DNA of 63,061 nucleotides, filler included, from Nemertoderma westbladi (taxonomy: Eukaryota > Animalia > Xenacoelomorpha), in assembly GCA_032718475.1 (NCBI GenBank). It is 3 parts of 3 records of this genome, joined end to end, with 100 filler letters (N's around TTAATTAATTAA, not from the genome) between each part and the next. Parts side by side here need not be neighbours in the genome. Positions count along the whole stretch, not along the records: positions 1 to 26,946 come from JAUCBJ010003495.1; 2 more parts are not named here. The stretch is one strand, 5' to 3'. Under the pieces are notes generated by a model. The model saw only the letters and a list, made by a program, of their open reading frames with translations, made no database searches and had not been told where the DNA came from. The position numbers were made by a program, and so were the translations under genes. Below are positions 12,557 to 24,902 of the stretch, piece by piece (positions within the stretch are counted from its first letter, which is position 1; every line of letters starts with the position of its first letter).

Positions 12557-13907
12557 CTACTACTACTAGGATCGACAAAATTGCACCGCCACAACTCCCT
12601 ATCACCCATGACATTTGCTAGATCATCAGCATCTTTAAGGCCAGTGTCCTTTAAGATGCGTCTCAAGAAAGTCATGGACTGTCCACCATGCTCATTCACT
12701 CCATGAGGCTGCCAAAGATCAACACGATCCTCACGGCGAAAGCAATGTCCTGCAAAGCGGAGGCGATTTTGTTCTAGTGTCAAGCTTGGGGGAACCAATG
12801 AGACACCTCCAATGTTATATAGTGTCTGGTTGGAGATGTGTGCATTGTACTTGACACAATGAACCCGGCATAGCATTATTGTGAATGTGCCATCCAGAGA
12901 TTTGGTGTCCTCAGCAGTTAGAGCCCAGCATGGACTCCCGTAGAGGAGTACTGGAACTACTGCTGCTCTAAATAATCGGACCTTAAGTTTCCGATTAATT
13001 CTCGGTGACTTCCAAATCCTGGAAAGCCTATTCAAGGCTGCCCATGCCTTTCCCTTACGTATTCGAAGGTCCTCACCTGACTTCCGGATCCATGATCCCA
13101 GGTAACAGAAGTCGTCCACATGCTCAAGCATACCATCCTTTGAGCTTATGCTCATCCGATCAGAGACTTGCTGAGGACTTTCAAAGTTAACTGTCAGAAT
13201 TTTGGTCTTTCTGGAGTTAATAAAAAGACCAACACTAGAAGCAGCATGTTCTAATGAGCTGAGGAGCCGTTGGGCTCCCTCTAATGATTCTGAGAGTACT
13301 CCTAAGTCATCAGCAAAGTCTAGATCAGTTAGGTACTTGGCTGGATTTCCTCGACTTCTGGAGCCAGTAGGTGGAGTTATCATCACCCCATCATCATTAT
13401 GATGATCTAAGGACATGCGTAGAACATAGTCAACCACAATAATGAACAAGAATGGTTCAAGTGTGTCTCCTTGGAGGACGCCCCATAACACTTCAAATGG
13501 TTCTGTGTCACCGTCAACAGTAGAACACAAATGTTGTCGAACCATCGTATACTGATCTGATTGCTGCAATAATTTCATCAGGAATCCCATATAATGAAAG
13601 TATGCTGAACATACGTGAGCGAGAGACTGAATCAAAGGCCTTGAAGAAGTCAACAAAGATAACAGCCAGATGCCTGTCTTTCTTTTTTGATAATTCTTCA
13701 ATTATCCTTCTAAGTGCCAAAATGGGCTCCATGGTGCCACGACCTTTACGGAACCCATTCTGATTTCCACGGAGCAGTCTCTCAATGGGATCCCTGATGC
13801 GATTTAATAGAATCCTATTATATAGCTTTGCAGCAATCGAGATCAATGAGATTCCCCGAAAAGAACCATAGAGTGTTAGGTTGCCCTTCTTGGGAACTGG
13901 CACCAAC
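12557..13907 (-). mobile_element. 5'-truncated, frameshifted RTE LINE copy
   Basis: Nearly identical to the 3' part of the 57624-60941 ORF (GVLQGD, DFADD), with a (TAG)n tail and a frameshift near 13520. Confidence 0.95.
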
Positions 13908-14873
13908 GTGATTGGATATTGCGTAGCTTGTCTTGCCGAGTCACAATTAAATAACCTGTGGGTGGCTATGTATTTTAATTCAATATTATTATTAATACCA
14001 TGAAAATTACTTTGAAATGTAATTAATTAGAACATTGATTTTTTTTAACAAAAAAACGTTTTTTTTTTTACTTTAATAAATCAAAAAAGTGTATTTAATA
14101 ATGTACCGGTACCATAATTAGTTCACTTTCAAAATGTGGCAGTTTATAAAATAATATACCATGGTGTGGGGTGGGGGATTGTTTCACGAAGCGACATTTA
14201 ACTAAATGGAAATCGCCGATTTGTAAATAAGGTATTTAAAAAACGGAAGCACATTTAAATTTTACGTCCCTTAATTTAAATGACATGAATTGAAATTTGC
14301 CTACTGTCATTTTGCAATACTTTTATGTTATCAATACATGTTGTTATGATTCCATGGTAGTATAGTACTAGTTTTTAAGAATAAGTTAACTGTTCTTAAT
14401 ATAAATATTATTAAATTTACTGAAAAGCCATGACAGCATGACGACCAGACCAGTTGCTATGCCGTATAACTATTATTATGTTAATGAGTTTAAATGACAC
14501 ATCATTACGTAAATGATTTAAAGCTAAATGACAGGGGGATAAATGACACGCGAATAGCAGTTTCTTGAAACATAAAAACTTTCTGTTATAATTAAAGTAT
14601 TATTTTTAATCTTTCCAATTAAGCCAAATTAAATGACCGTATGTAAAACAGTCCCCTCAGTTTAATTATAATATTAATTTAATTTATTAATTCAATTTCA
14701 TTTGTAATTTCAGTAACTTACTTTATAACTATGATTTTATCATATTAATTCTTAATAGCGGATTTTCTAAATTACTCATCTTTATGGGGGGGGGGGCTTT
14801 ACTGGGGGAATGAACATGTACTGGTGCGCATTACTCAGAATGAGTAGTATACCGACTACTGTACTACAGGCTA

Positions 14874-15132
14874 CAGGTTGGGTGCAACCTTCGCCCGAGT
14901 ACAACCTTCGCCCGCGTCCACACCCCGGGGAAAACCTTCGCCCGCAAGGCAATCTTCCACCGCGAACAACCTTCGCCCAATAAGATTTGTGTTAGTGACC
15001 ATTTTAGTTACCAATTAAGGGAAAGGAGCAGGTTACAGAAACGGCTTTTTCTAACCAAAACAATAATTGTTTAGTTGGCGATGGTTGCTCGCGGGAGAAG
15101 ATTGTCTGCGGGCGAAGTTTGCTGCGTACCCT
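14874..15132. mobile_element. Small MITE-like inverted-repeat element
   Basis: Repeated AACCTTCGCCCG on the left and inverted CGGGCGAAG on the right. The core shares the GGAGCAGGTTACAG motif with MITE family A. Confidence 0.5.
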
Positions 15133-15802
15133 ACTAAACATTACACATCACGTGTGGCGGGCATTTTGTTAAAATTCCAAACAATCACACCTGGACTACG
15201 CTGGGGGGGGGGGGGGGCTCTTCCTCCACACTCACAACTACTATAAATATGAATTACAATTTGGGGTCTGGGACCCTACCGTAGGAAATTCCTGGCTACG
15301 CGGCTGGATGGATGTTGGAGAGAAAGGCAATAATGAAGGATAGGAGATGCAATATACTGTAGTATGATATTATTGCAAGTGGATACAGGCAAATGGGAAT
15401 GTACGACTTATACGAAAACGGAGTCTGAGGTGTGAACGCAAGTCAATAAAAGGCGCGAATTGGACTAATTAACATTTAACCAAGGAGGCTTCGCATATGT
15501 ACAACGGCCAGAAGGGAGTGCAAATTGTAGATAGCCATTGTTATCCTTGTAGTACATAGGGGAGTTATCTGTTGGGGCCTTTCTTGTATTTTCATACGCT
15601 CACATTTATGGTAATACTTCATTTGATTATTAGCACCATTCGTTCGACTGTTTAGCCAATGCATTGTGCCTTATATTATATTATATTGATCTGATCTGAT
15701 TTTATCTCGGACTGGTAAAGCGACGATACCCAAAGCAGTGAGACCTTTCACAACCACAAACTACGAAACCTATTCAGCAGACCCGGAAATCCGCTGAAAG
15801 GG

Positions 15803-15885
15803 AATTGTGGCGGCGTAAATTTGTCGATAAGCCGGCATAGCATTCTTAATGATTCTGCAATGCTGTATGCCGATTATAGATAGAT
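15803..15885 (+). mobile_element. RTE 3'-end remnant
   Basis: GGGAATTGTGGCGGCGTAAATTTGTCGATAAGCCGGCATAGCATTCTTAA...TGCCGAT matches the 3' end of the intact element. Confidence 0.75.
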
Positions 15886-16097
15886 GTACTGTACGGAGTA
15901 CTGGCGTACTCCAATAGCATTAAGGTGCATTGAGTTGTGTACAGATCTGAAAATATAACAAATGAAACCGCATATTGCACGATATGGTAAAAACTATGTA
16001 CTATAGTAGGCCTACACTATATAAACTCTAATTCACCTGGGACATCCGAAACTGAATTAGTATAATCACGAAATATTTATTGCAATATTGCACCCAC

Positions 16098-16367
16098 CTC
16101 CATTATGCTGAAATATCCAGTGACTAAACTTGTATCCCAGGTCCACCATATTCGGTCTCCCCGGGCAACGACCCCGAGGTCGGGTGTAAACCCTTTCTCG
16201 GATAAACGCACGAAGTATTCCGTCTGTCTTGGTGGTTCTACGATGATCACGCCGACGAGAGAGCGATCCGCGTTGGCGAAGTAATAAATTCCCGTCTCAT
16301 CCATCAGTTTGGCACAGAGACCAACGGGTGTCGGTTGGGGGCCGGACGTAAACCCAGGTTCAATTAG
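16098..16367 (-). CDS. Cupredoxin-repeat protein, exon D (phase 0-0)
   Basis: Acceptor ataatttag, donor GAG|GTGGGT, 270 bp open: LIEPGFTSGP...TGIYYF...VGVIIVEP...GFTPDLGVVARGDRIWWTW...SIME. Confidence 0.85.
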
Positions 16368-16512
16368 CTAAATTATAAATATTTAAATGATAGGAATCAC
16401 GTTATTTTATTCGAATTAAAAATTTACATATTAAAAAAGGTATGTAGAACAGGATCTATGGTATGAAAAGGTCTAGTGGACGGGTAGCTTTTTGATACTG
16501 GTGAGAGTGCTC

Positions 16513-16712
16513 TATGTGACTGACGAGTAGACTTTATGTGACTGACGAGAAGACTTTATGTGACTGACGAGTAGACTTTATGTGACTGACGAGAAGACTT
16601 TATGTGACTGACGAGTAGACTTTATGTGACTGACGAGAAGACTTTTTGTGACTGACGAGAAGACTTTATGTGACTGGCGAGAAGACTTTATGTGACTGAC
16701 GATAAGACTTTA
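16513..16712. repeat. 22-bp minisatellite, about 9 copies
   Basis: Unit TATGTGACTGACGAGWAGACTT. Confidence 0.9.
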
Positions 16713-17024
16713 TACTTTATAAGATAGATGGGACTTGCATCCCATTGTAGCGATCTGTGAATAGTCTAAAGCTCCAAATGGCAAGGAATGATTCTGGAAT
16801 ACTATTCTAGAATTCTATTCTAGAATCATTCCTAAAGTATCGTCCAAAAGTTACTATTATGTAGTAACTTTTGTAAAACATAAATTATTCAAATTTCATA
16901 ATTTCAACAAAAATTCATATAATACATAATTATTGATCCTAAACAAAATCGTGTTTTATACGGTGCTCATATTAATAACAGCTCAGAATACCGAACATAG
17001 AAAAGCAGCGCGGAAACGGTTCGT

Positions 17025-20000
17025 TAGTTTAATAGGGTTGGTGCGCGAAAAAATTGTTGGGCTAGAAACAATCGAATAAGAGGTAACAAGGTAACAAGTT
17101 TTTTGTAAAACCACCTGGAAACGGTCGAAATGGCGGGTTTAATTAAGAGCGGGAAGCCAATTTTGAACATCGTCTGTGATTGGCTGCTACATATTTGACG
17201 TCACAACGCAGTGCTCTGATAATTTCTTATATTGTTTTCTATGGAAGGTGATTTTAGATCCATTTAAATACATATTTTATCTCTATCATTTCACACGTGG
17301 CTTATATCAATTGAAAGCGGGGAGTCTTGCGCGTCTTTTCACTACAATCACTTAAATTCATGATCATGAATATTTATAAAATATTGTTTGCAATTTTGCA
17401 ACCTTGGTATATTGCCTGACACAGTATGCAACCTTATGCTGACCCCTCAGCGCCTCAACACTAGCCACCTGCATTCGCTGTACCACTCTTACGCTACCGG
17501 CTGACCGGTACACATTTACACTTAATGAACTTAAGCTACAATACAGCAATAGGCCTACTGCAATGCAATGGGTGGATAAGGCTGAGTGGTTCTGCACTGT
17601 TTTTAGAAGTACTAAAGTGCTAAGAAACAGCAGTCCTGCAATGGTAAAGTGCTAACTGTTTTAAAGTGCTAACCTAAAGTGCTATCACTCCCTGAAAAAA
17701 ATTTCTGAAAAAATTCCTGAAAAAAAATTTCTGAAAAAAAAAAGACAAGTTGACTACAATTCCAGGTTCCGATTGGCTCATTTCGAAGTGTTAGCAGTTT
17801 GACCTCTTTGCAAGCACAAATTAAAAACGTCAAATAGCAACAAATTTTAACAACTGCCCCCTAGCGACCAGATTCAGAATTATTGAAAAGGTAAAGTGCT
17901 AACTGTTAGCACTATAGAGTTTCTCCATAAGACATATTCTAAATGTTAGCTCTTTAAGGCTAATTTTGTTGTATAATTATTGCATAGCAAGCCAGACCAG
18001 ATGTTAGCGTTTTATAACTAAAATTGAAATAAATTGATTATTAATCGAGCCGAGATCACAAGAGGTGATTATGAGTTTCTGAAATGCCGGCCAACAGAAA
18101 GCATAAAGTGCTTACATTAGGCCTATTCAATTCATATACAGTATTAAACGTCTATGTCTTTGCAACTAGTTCATGGATTTCTTAAAAGCATTTAATAATA
18201 TGGCACATAATCACAACCATTAATTAATTTATTCTCATAATTATATATTATTCTAAATCCCTAAACCTTGTAATAAGTTTCCTTTTCCAGAAAATAGAGA
18301 GGTCATTCTGTATGTCAAATTTCGTGCAATCTCAAATTTTATTTTGTACATATACTGCTATAACGTAAATTGCTACAAGCATTTTGAAAATGTGTCACCA
18401 ATTTCTTACCCATTATTGCACACTGCTGCTATTCTTGGTCTTTTCGAGGTCAAAACCTTAAACTTCCGTAAATAAATACATAAAACCAATAAGCCATGTC
18501 CCGGAATGCAGTGTATTTAATTCAATGACAGGGTATCGCCCGATAACTTTAAAGAAGTAAAAGTGTTCTGAGTCTAAAATATATTCCCATTATTGGCGAT
18601 ATCTCCTTTGCAGAAGTGAAGGCTGCTGCAAAGAGCATTAAGACCAATCGTGCCAGTGGAGTAGATGGTGTTCCCCCTGAGGTCTTTAAAATACCTGAGT
18701 GTTTAAAGCTCATCTATCCCATCATAGTAGACATGTACCGAACAACAAGAGTCCCACAAGAAATGAAAACAAATAAGTTGGTGCCAGTTCCCAAGAAGGG
18801 CAACCTAACACTCTATGGTTCTTTTCAGGGAATCTTATTGATCTCGATTGCTGAAAAGCTATACAATAGAATTCTATTAAATCGCATCAGGGATCCCATT
18901 GAGAGACTGCTCCGTGGAAATCAGAATGGGTTCCGTAAAGGTCGTGGGACCATGGAGCCAATTTTGGCATTTAGAAGGATAATTGACGAGTTATCAAAAG
19001 AAAGACAGGCATCTGGCTGTTATCTTTGTTGACTTATTCAAGGCCTTTTATTCAGTGTCTCGCTCACGTATGTTCAGCACACTTTCATTATATGGGATTC
19101 CTGATGAAATTGTTGCAGCAATCAGATCAGTATACGATGGTTCGACAACATTTGTGTCTACTGCTGACGGTGACACGGAACCACTTTAATTGTTATGGGG
19201 CGTCCTCCAGGGAGACACACTTGCGCCATTCTTGTTCATAATTATAGTTGACTACAAGCATGTCACTAGATCATCATAATGATGATGGGGGTGATGATAA
19301 CTCCACCTTCTGGCTCCAGAAGTCGAGGAAATCCTGCCAAGTACCTAACTGATCTAGACTTTGCTGATGACTTAGGAGTACTCTCAGAATCACTAGAGGG
19401 AGCCCATCGGCTCCTCAGCTCATTAGAACATGCTGCTTCTAGTGTTGGTCTTTTTATTAACTCCAAAAAGACCAAAATTCTGACAGTTAACTTTGAAAGT
19501 CCTCAGCAAGTCTCTGATCGGATGAGCATAAGCTCAAATGATGGTATGCTTGAGCATGTGGACGACTTCTGTTACCTGGGATCATGGATCCGGAGGTCAG
19601 GTGAAGACCTTCGAATACGCAAGGGAAAGGCATGGCCAGCTTTGAATAGGCGTTCCAGGATTTGGAAGTTACATAGAATTAATCGGAAACTTAAGGCCCG
19701 ATTATTTAGAGCAGCAGAGCCCATGCTGTGCTCAACTGCTGAGGACACCAAATCTCTGGATGGCACATTCACAAGAATGCTACGCCGGGTTCATTGTGTC
19801 AAGTACAATGCACACATCTCCAACCAGACACTATATAACAATATAACATTGGAGGTGTCTCATTGGTTCCCCCAGGCTTGACACTAGAACAAACCCGCCT
19901 CCGCTTTGTAGGACATTGCTTTCGCCATGTGGAGCAGTCAGTGCATAATCTTGTTTTTTGGCAGCCTCATGGAGTAAATAAGCATGGTGGACAGCCCATG

Positions 20001-21255
20001 ACTTTCTTGAGACGCATCTTAAAGGACACTGGCCTTGAAGATTCGGATGATCTAGCAAATGAAAATGAAAAATATAGAACGTTATAAAATATTTTAATTG
20101 AATATATTTTATATGTTTGAGAACATTTTCACAAATGAAATTAGAAAAAACTTGGTAGTATAAAATTTGGTGTGTAGGTACACCCCCCCCCCCCCCCCCC
20201 CCCCCCCCCCACCCCCCAATTCAGTTTCTAATCAATTTGAAACGTTGAAATAATGTTACCAACCAATTTGTAACGTTCAAATAATGTAATTTAAATTTAT
20301 TCTGAACATCTTGATTTTCAAACAATAAATAACACTATAAGAAACATTAGAAAAACTATGTTCTGTAATGTTACATAAATTTTAATATAAATATTTTGAT
20401 TCTATTGACGTTGTTGAAACTAAATAAATATTGATATTTTTGAAACAAATGATTACATATTTAATATTATAATATATTCAATATCCTTTCACATCCCAAA
20501 GAACGAATAATGAGTTAGCATTTTATGATGTGTGGTGTCTTGAAATATTCAACACAAAAACACCTAATCATTATCTTTCAAGATTTACAGATACCATCAC
20601 TTCAAACTCCTAACTTTGCTAATATTACTATTGTTATTGGTGTTTTTAGTAAGTTAGCACTTTAGAACACTTGAGCCCTCTTGCGGGTGGTGCAGAATTG
20701 GTGTTGCTAAATGTTGCTAAAGTCTGTTACTGAGTTAGCACATTGGTACTTTCAGAAATCACTGGTATGGTGTCACTTTACCAAGGAAATCCCGCGTTAG
20801 CACTTACAGACTTATGTGGTGCCTGCACTACTTGCATACCGGTCAGGCAATCTGTGAGTTTTTAATTGTGAATTGATTCATTTTATCAATATTCATCACC
20901 ATGAATGTAATTAATTGTAGTGTTAAAAGACGCGCAAGACTCTCCGCTTTCAATTGATATAAGCCACGTGTGAAATGGTTGAGATTAAAAGTGTATTTTA
21001 ATGGATCTATAATCACCCTCCATAGAAACCAATATAAGAAGTTATCGGAGCACTGCGTAGTGGCGTCAAATATGTAGCAGCCAATCACAGCCGATGTTCA
21101 AAACTGGCTTCCCGCTCTTACTTAAACCCGCTATTTCGACCGTTTCCACGTGTTTTTACAAAAACACACCCCGCCACTCGATTCAGGACACCTTGTTACC
21201 CCTTTTTCAATTGTTTCTAGCCCAACAATTTTTTCGCGCACCAACCCTATTGCGC
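17025..21255. mobile_element. Large foldback-like element or inverted repeat pair (~340-bp arms) enclosing an RTE copy
   Basis: 17025-17365 is the reverse complement of ~20900-21255. Internal AAAGTGCTAAC / GTTAGCACTTT motif clusters. No TSD identified. Confidence 0.6.
18523..20061 (+). mobile_element. Decayed RTE LINE copy, truncated at both ends
   Basis: RT-domain fragments in three frames, homologous to the intact element, with stops and frameshifts. Confidence 0.95.
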
Positions 21256-21300
21256 CAGTTAAAAGGTAATAATAAATAAAACTACACCCGCAAAGTTCAG

Positions 21301-21635
21301 GGTAATTGGTGCGGCGGACATCTCTACGGTAATTGGTGTGGCGGACATCTCTACGGTAATTGGTGCGGCGGACATCTCTACGGTAATTAGTGCGGCGGAC
21401 ATCTCTACGGTAATTGGTGCGGCGGACATCTCTACGGTAATTAGTGCGGCGGACATCTCTACAGTAATTGGTGCGGCGGACATCTCTACAGTAATTGGTG
21501 CGGCGGACATCTCTACGGTAATTAGTGCGGCGGACATCTCTACAGTAATTGGTGCGGCGGACATCTCTACAGTAATTGGTGCGGCGGACATCTCTACAGT
21601 AATTAATCAGGGTAATTGGTGCGGCGGACATCTCA
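21301..21635. repeat. 27-bp minisatellite, about 12 copies
   Basis: Unit GGTAATTGGTGCGGCGGACATCTCTAC. Confidence 0.95.
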
Positions 21636-22370
21636 CAAGTAATTAAAGTCATTAAAACTAAAAGTAAACACAATTAGTTACTTAATTAGCTGGTTGAGTT
21701 ACGTGCAATGCGAGCCACAAACAGATGGGCAAGAAGAGCAGACCAAAATATTGTAGAGGTCAGCGGCTGACTGGCTGCAGAAATGACAGATGCACGCGAC
21801 TGATCTCTCGTGAAAACTAGCTCGATTAGTGCAAAGGCAGTGATGAAACCCGCTGGGACCTGCGCAGTTGTCGGTTTCTTTGTTTGCATCCTTTCCATAA
21901 GGTAGAAACGAATGCTGGCTCCTGTGTAAAAAAACCCTTGTGAAATGAAATTATTAACCCTGTGTTCCCTGTTAATTATATATTGCATAATAACTTCACC
22001 ATTGAAAGTTCCCGGAAATTTCTCTATAATGTCATCAATGAGTGTTCCGGAATCCGTAAGCTTGCGTGCTTATATTGACGAGGTGCATTCTACTAATACC
22101 CATAATTCGTTTAACATAAGGGTTTTTCATCTTATTTATTTCTTTTCAGTTGTTGAATTTGAAATAGCAGCCACTTTCTCGAACTGGTTCTATTTTCATA
22201 TGGTAGATTTTCATCGCCGATGCGATCGAGTTAAAATGTACCGGTACCGGTAAATTATTTTCGATCAAATTATCATTCGAGGTTAAGACCCCTAGTACAC
22301 TAGAAGAGTTCCTATAAAAATGGATAATAACTTACCGTATCCGTATAAGGAATAAATTCCCGTAACTTAC

Positions 22371-22522
22371 CTCATAAGATACATTCCCTTCTTCATCAAC
22401 TTGCGGTTGAACTTGAGTCACTGATTTGGGAGATTTACAGTTAAACCGATTCCAGTCCCACCAAACTCTGTCGCCAGTTTCAACAGATAATATTTGGGGT
22501 GCAAATCTCTGGTCCGATAAAT
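22371..22522 (-). CDS. Cupredoxin-repeat protein, exon C (phase 1-0)
   Basis: Acceptor gattgttag, donor GAG|GTAAGT: LSDQRFAPQILSVETGDRVWWDW...VSYE. Confidence 0.85.
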
Positions 22523-22604
22523 CTAACAATCAACAGTAATACAAACCTTAATAACAGTAAATAGAAAAGACAGGGGGGGGGGGGGGATAAATTAATACGA
22601 CGAA

Positions 22605-23152
22605 GAATTTGGAAGTCCCATAGAATAAAAAGGAACCTTAAGGTTCAAGTATTTATGGCAGTAGTACTACCAGTTCTCTTATATTGGAGTCCATGCTGGG
22701 CTCTAACTGCCGAGGATACCAAATCTCTGGATGGCACTTTTACAAGAATGCTACGCCGGGTTCATTGTGTCAAGTACAATGCACACATCTCCAATCAGAC
22801 TCTATACAACATTATTGGAGGTGTTCCATTAGCTTCCCCTAGCTTGACACGTGAACGGAGCCGCCTCCGCTTTATATGACATTGATATCGCCGTGTGGAC
22901 CAGCCAGTGCATAATCTTGTGCTTTGGCGGCCTCATGGAATGAATAAGCATGGTGGACAGCCCATGACTTTCTTGAGACGCATCTTAAAGGAAACTGGCC
23001 TTGAAGATGCGGATGATCTAGCAAATGTCATGGGTGATAGGGAGTTGTGGCGGCGCAATTTTGTCGACAAGTCGGCACAGCATTCTTAATATATTATATG
23101 TAATATATATATAATGCTGCTGCAATGCAGCATGCCGATCGTAGTTGTAGTA
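22605..23152 (+). mobile_element. RTE LINE 3' fragment
   Basis: C-terminal ORF remnants (...GDRELWRRNFVDKSAQHS*) plus the 3' UTR and TAG-like tail. Confidence 0.9.
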
Positions 23153-23435
23153 CTAACAATGTAACTACTCCAATCACAACAATAAACTATTGAAAATGAA
23201 TAGCACAGTTCACAGTTCTCATATTCAACTGGTATTTGCCTATTAATTTTCGACTGCAGAGGGATACATTTTTATTTTGTCGAAAGTCCCCCACCCCGCC
23301 CCTATCTGAAATATAAATATAACAATAAAATAAATACATAATAATAGATTCTAAAAATCTACCAATCAAACAAAAACTTCTAACTGATAATATTTTTGTG
23401 TCAAAATAATATAATGCGTAAAGCAACAGACTAAC

Positions 23436-23587
23436 TGATTCTGTGCGCGTGTGTTGTCTTGGAGACTCTCACTATACACATACGATATTCCTGAGGCTTC
23501 GCGGTTTCCGATTGAAGGTAATATAGGCCAGGTTCTTTAAATTCTTTACGGTACATCCCACTGCCGCTGGGATTCGCAGTTGGAAAT
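23436..23587 (-). CDS. Cupredoxin-repeat protein, exon B (phase 2-1)
   Basis: Acceptor aatctttacag, donor A|GTTAGT: FPTANPSGSGMYRKEFKEPGLYYLQ...MCIVRVSKTTHAHRI. Phase matches exon C. Confidence 0.85.
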
Positions 23588-24902
23588 CTGTAAAGATTAA
23601 ATATTTAACAAAAAATAAAAATGTACAGGTAATTTCATTAAAAATACTGTAGGTTCTGAACTCAATGATAGAAACACCAGCTGCTGGTTCTCATGAGGGC
23701 CTAGTAAGCTACTACTATTGATTGAATGGATAGGCCCAAACTGCACAGAAATATATTACTTGCCATGTTTTTTTTTACTCTCTCACTCTATCAAAGAAAA
23801 GTAAACAAATATCAACTGTTTGTTTGTTATGTATTATCCCACCAGCTGAATTAGCTCTTCCCAGTGTGGCAGTGTGCCAACTAATAGTATTATATTATTG
23901 TAGTAGTAGGCCTATGCTTGGGTGGGGTCATCGAAATTTGTCATATCAATGCTGGGTCCATTTACCCTCACCCTTTACAAATATATGCCTTCCTTGCAAG
24001 GCACTTTCACCCGTTTAACAGTTGTTTTATATTTGCAAAGCGGAGCTGCGCAAAAACAGAGGGATAGCACGACTGTATCATAAATATTTATTGGGTGATG
24101 TGTAAAACATTGAACCCAATATACTTTATGGTGCAACGGGAAAATCCGCTCGGGGAAGAAAATTAGTAAATAAAGAAACCGCAAGGTGGTGTCATGAAAA
24201 TGGAGTCTCATCTCACTGCTTACTGTATACAGATAAAGTCAATCAACAAGCAGTTAAATAATCTATTCGGCTTCTAGACAGCCGATAACTTATAACCCTT
24301 CGGATGAATTCATTAATTTTAACCCACCAACCACCCGATTCGTCCTCCAAAAAATTATAATGTTTAGCGGAAAAAAATATGTTATAATGTTTAACAGTTA
24401 TATGATTTTTGATTTCTAAAAGATATTGATGATATAAGTGCGGATTATATAATTCTATGCTTTTTGATTTCTATGCATGCTATTCATGTGCAGTGCATGA
24501 TATATAAACAATTACTATGCATTACTGTGGTAGTTACCTATTATTGAGTGTATATTAGGGTCCATATACCCTCACCCTTTTCAAATATATGCCTTCCTTA
24601 CAAGGCACTTTCATCCGTTTTAAACAGTTGTTTTATATTTGCAAAGCGGAGCTGCGCAAAAACAGAAGGATAGCACGTCTGTATCATAAATCAGCTGTTT
24701 GTTTGTTTATCGCAAACAAACAAACAGCTGGCGGCTGAATAGCCCTTCCCAGTGTGCCAACTAATAGTATATATTATATTATTGTAGTATACTAGGCCTA
24801 TAGTTATTTTAGTAGTTTGTAATGTATTATCCCGCCAGCTGAATAGCTCTCCCCAGTGTGCCAAGCCAAGAGCTTCTTCATTATTAGATAACATTATTAT
24901 TA

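Larger units (their letters stand above)
12088..15306. mobile_element. Non-autonomous hAT-like DNA transposon carrying nested insertions
   Basis: Imperfect TIRs CACTAGCGTAGCGAGG / CCTGGCTACGCGGCTG, perfect 8-bp TSD GATGGATG (12080-12087, 15307-15314), and subterminal GGGACCCTACCGT at both ends. Confidence 0.75.

Noticed and set aside
21131-21673. Repetitive ORFs (TNYCRDVRR, MSAAPITVE)
   Set aside because: By-products of a 27-bp minisatellite that is open in several frames on both strands.
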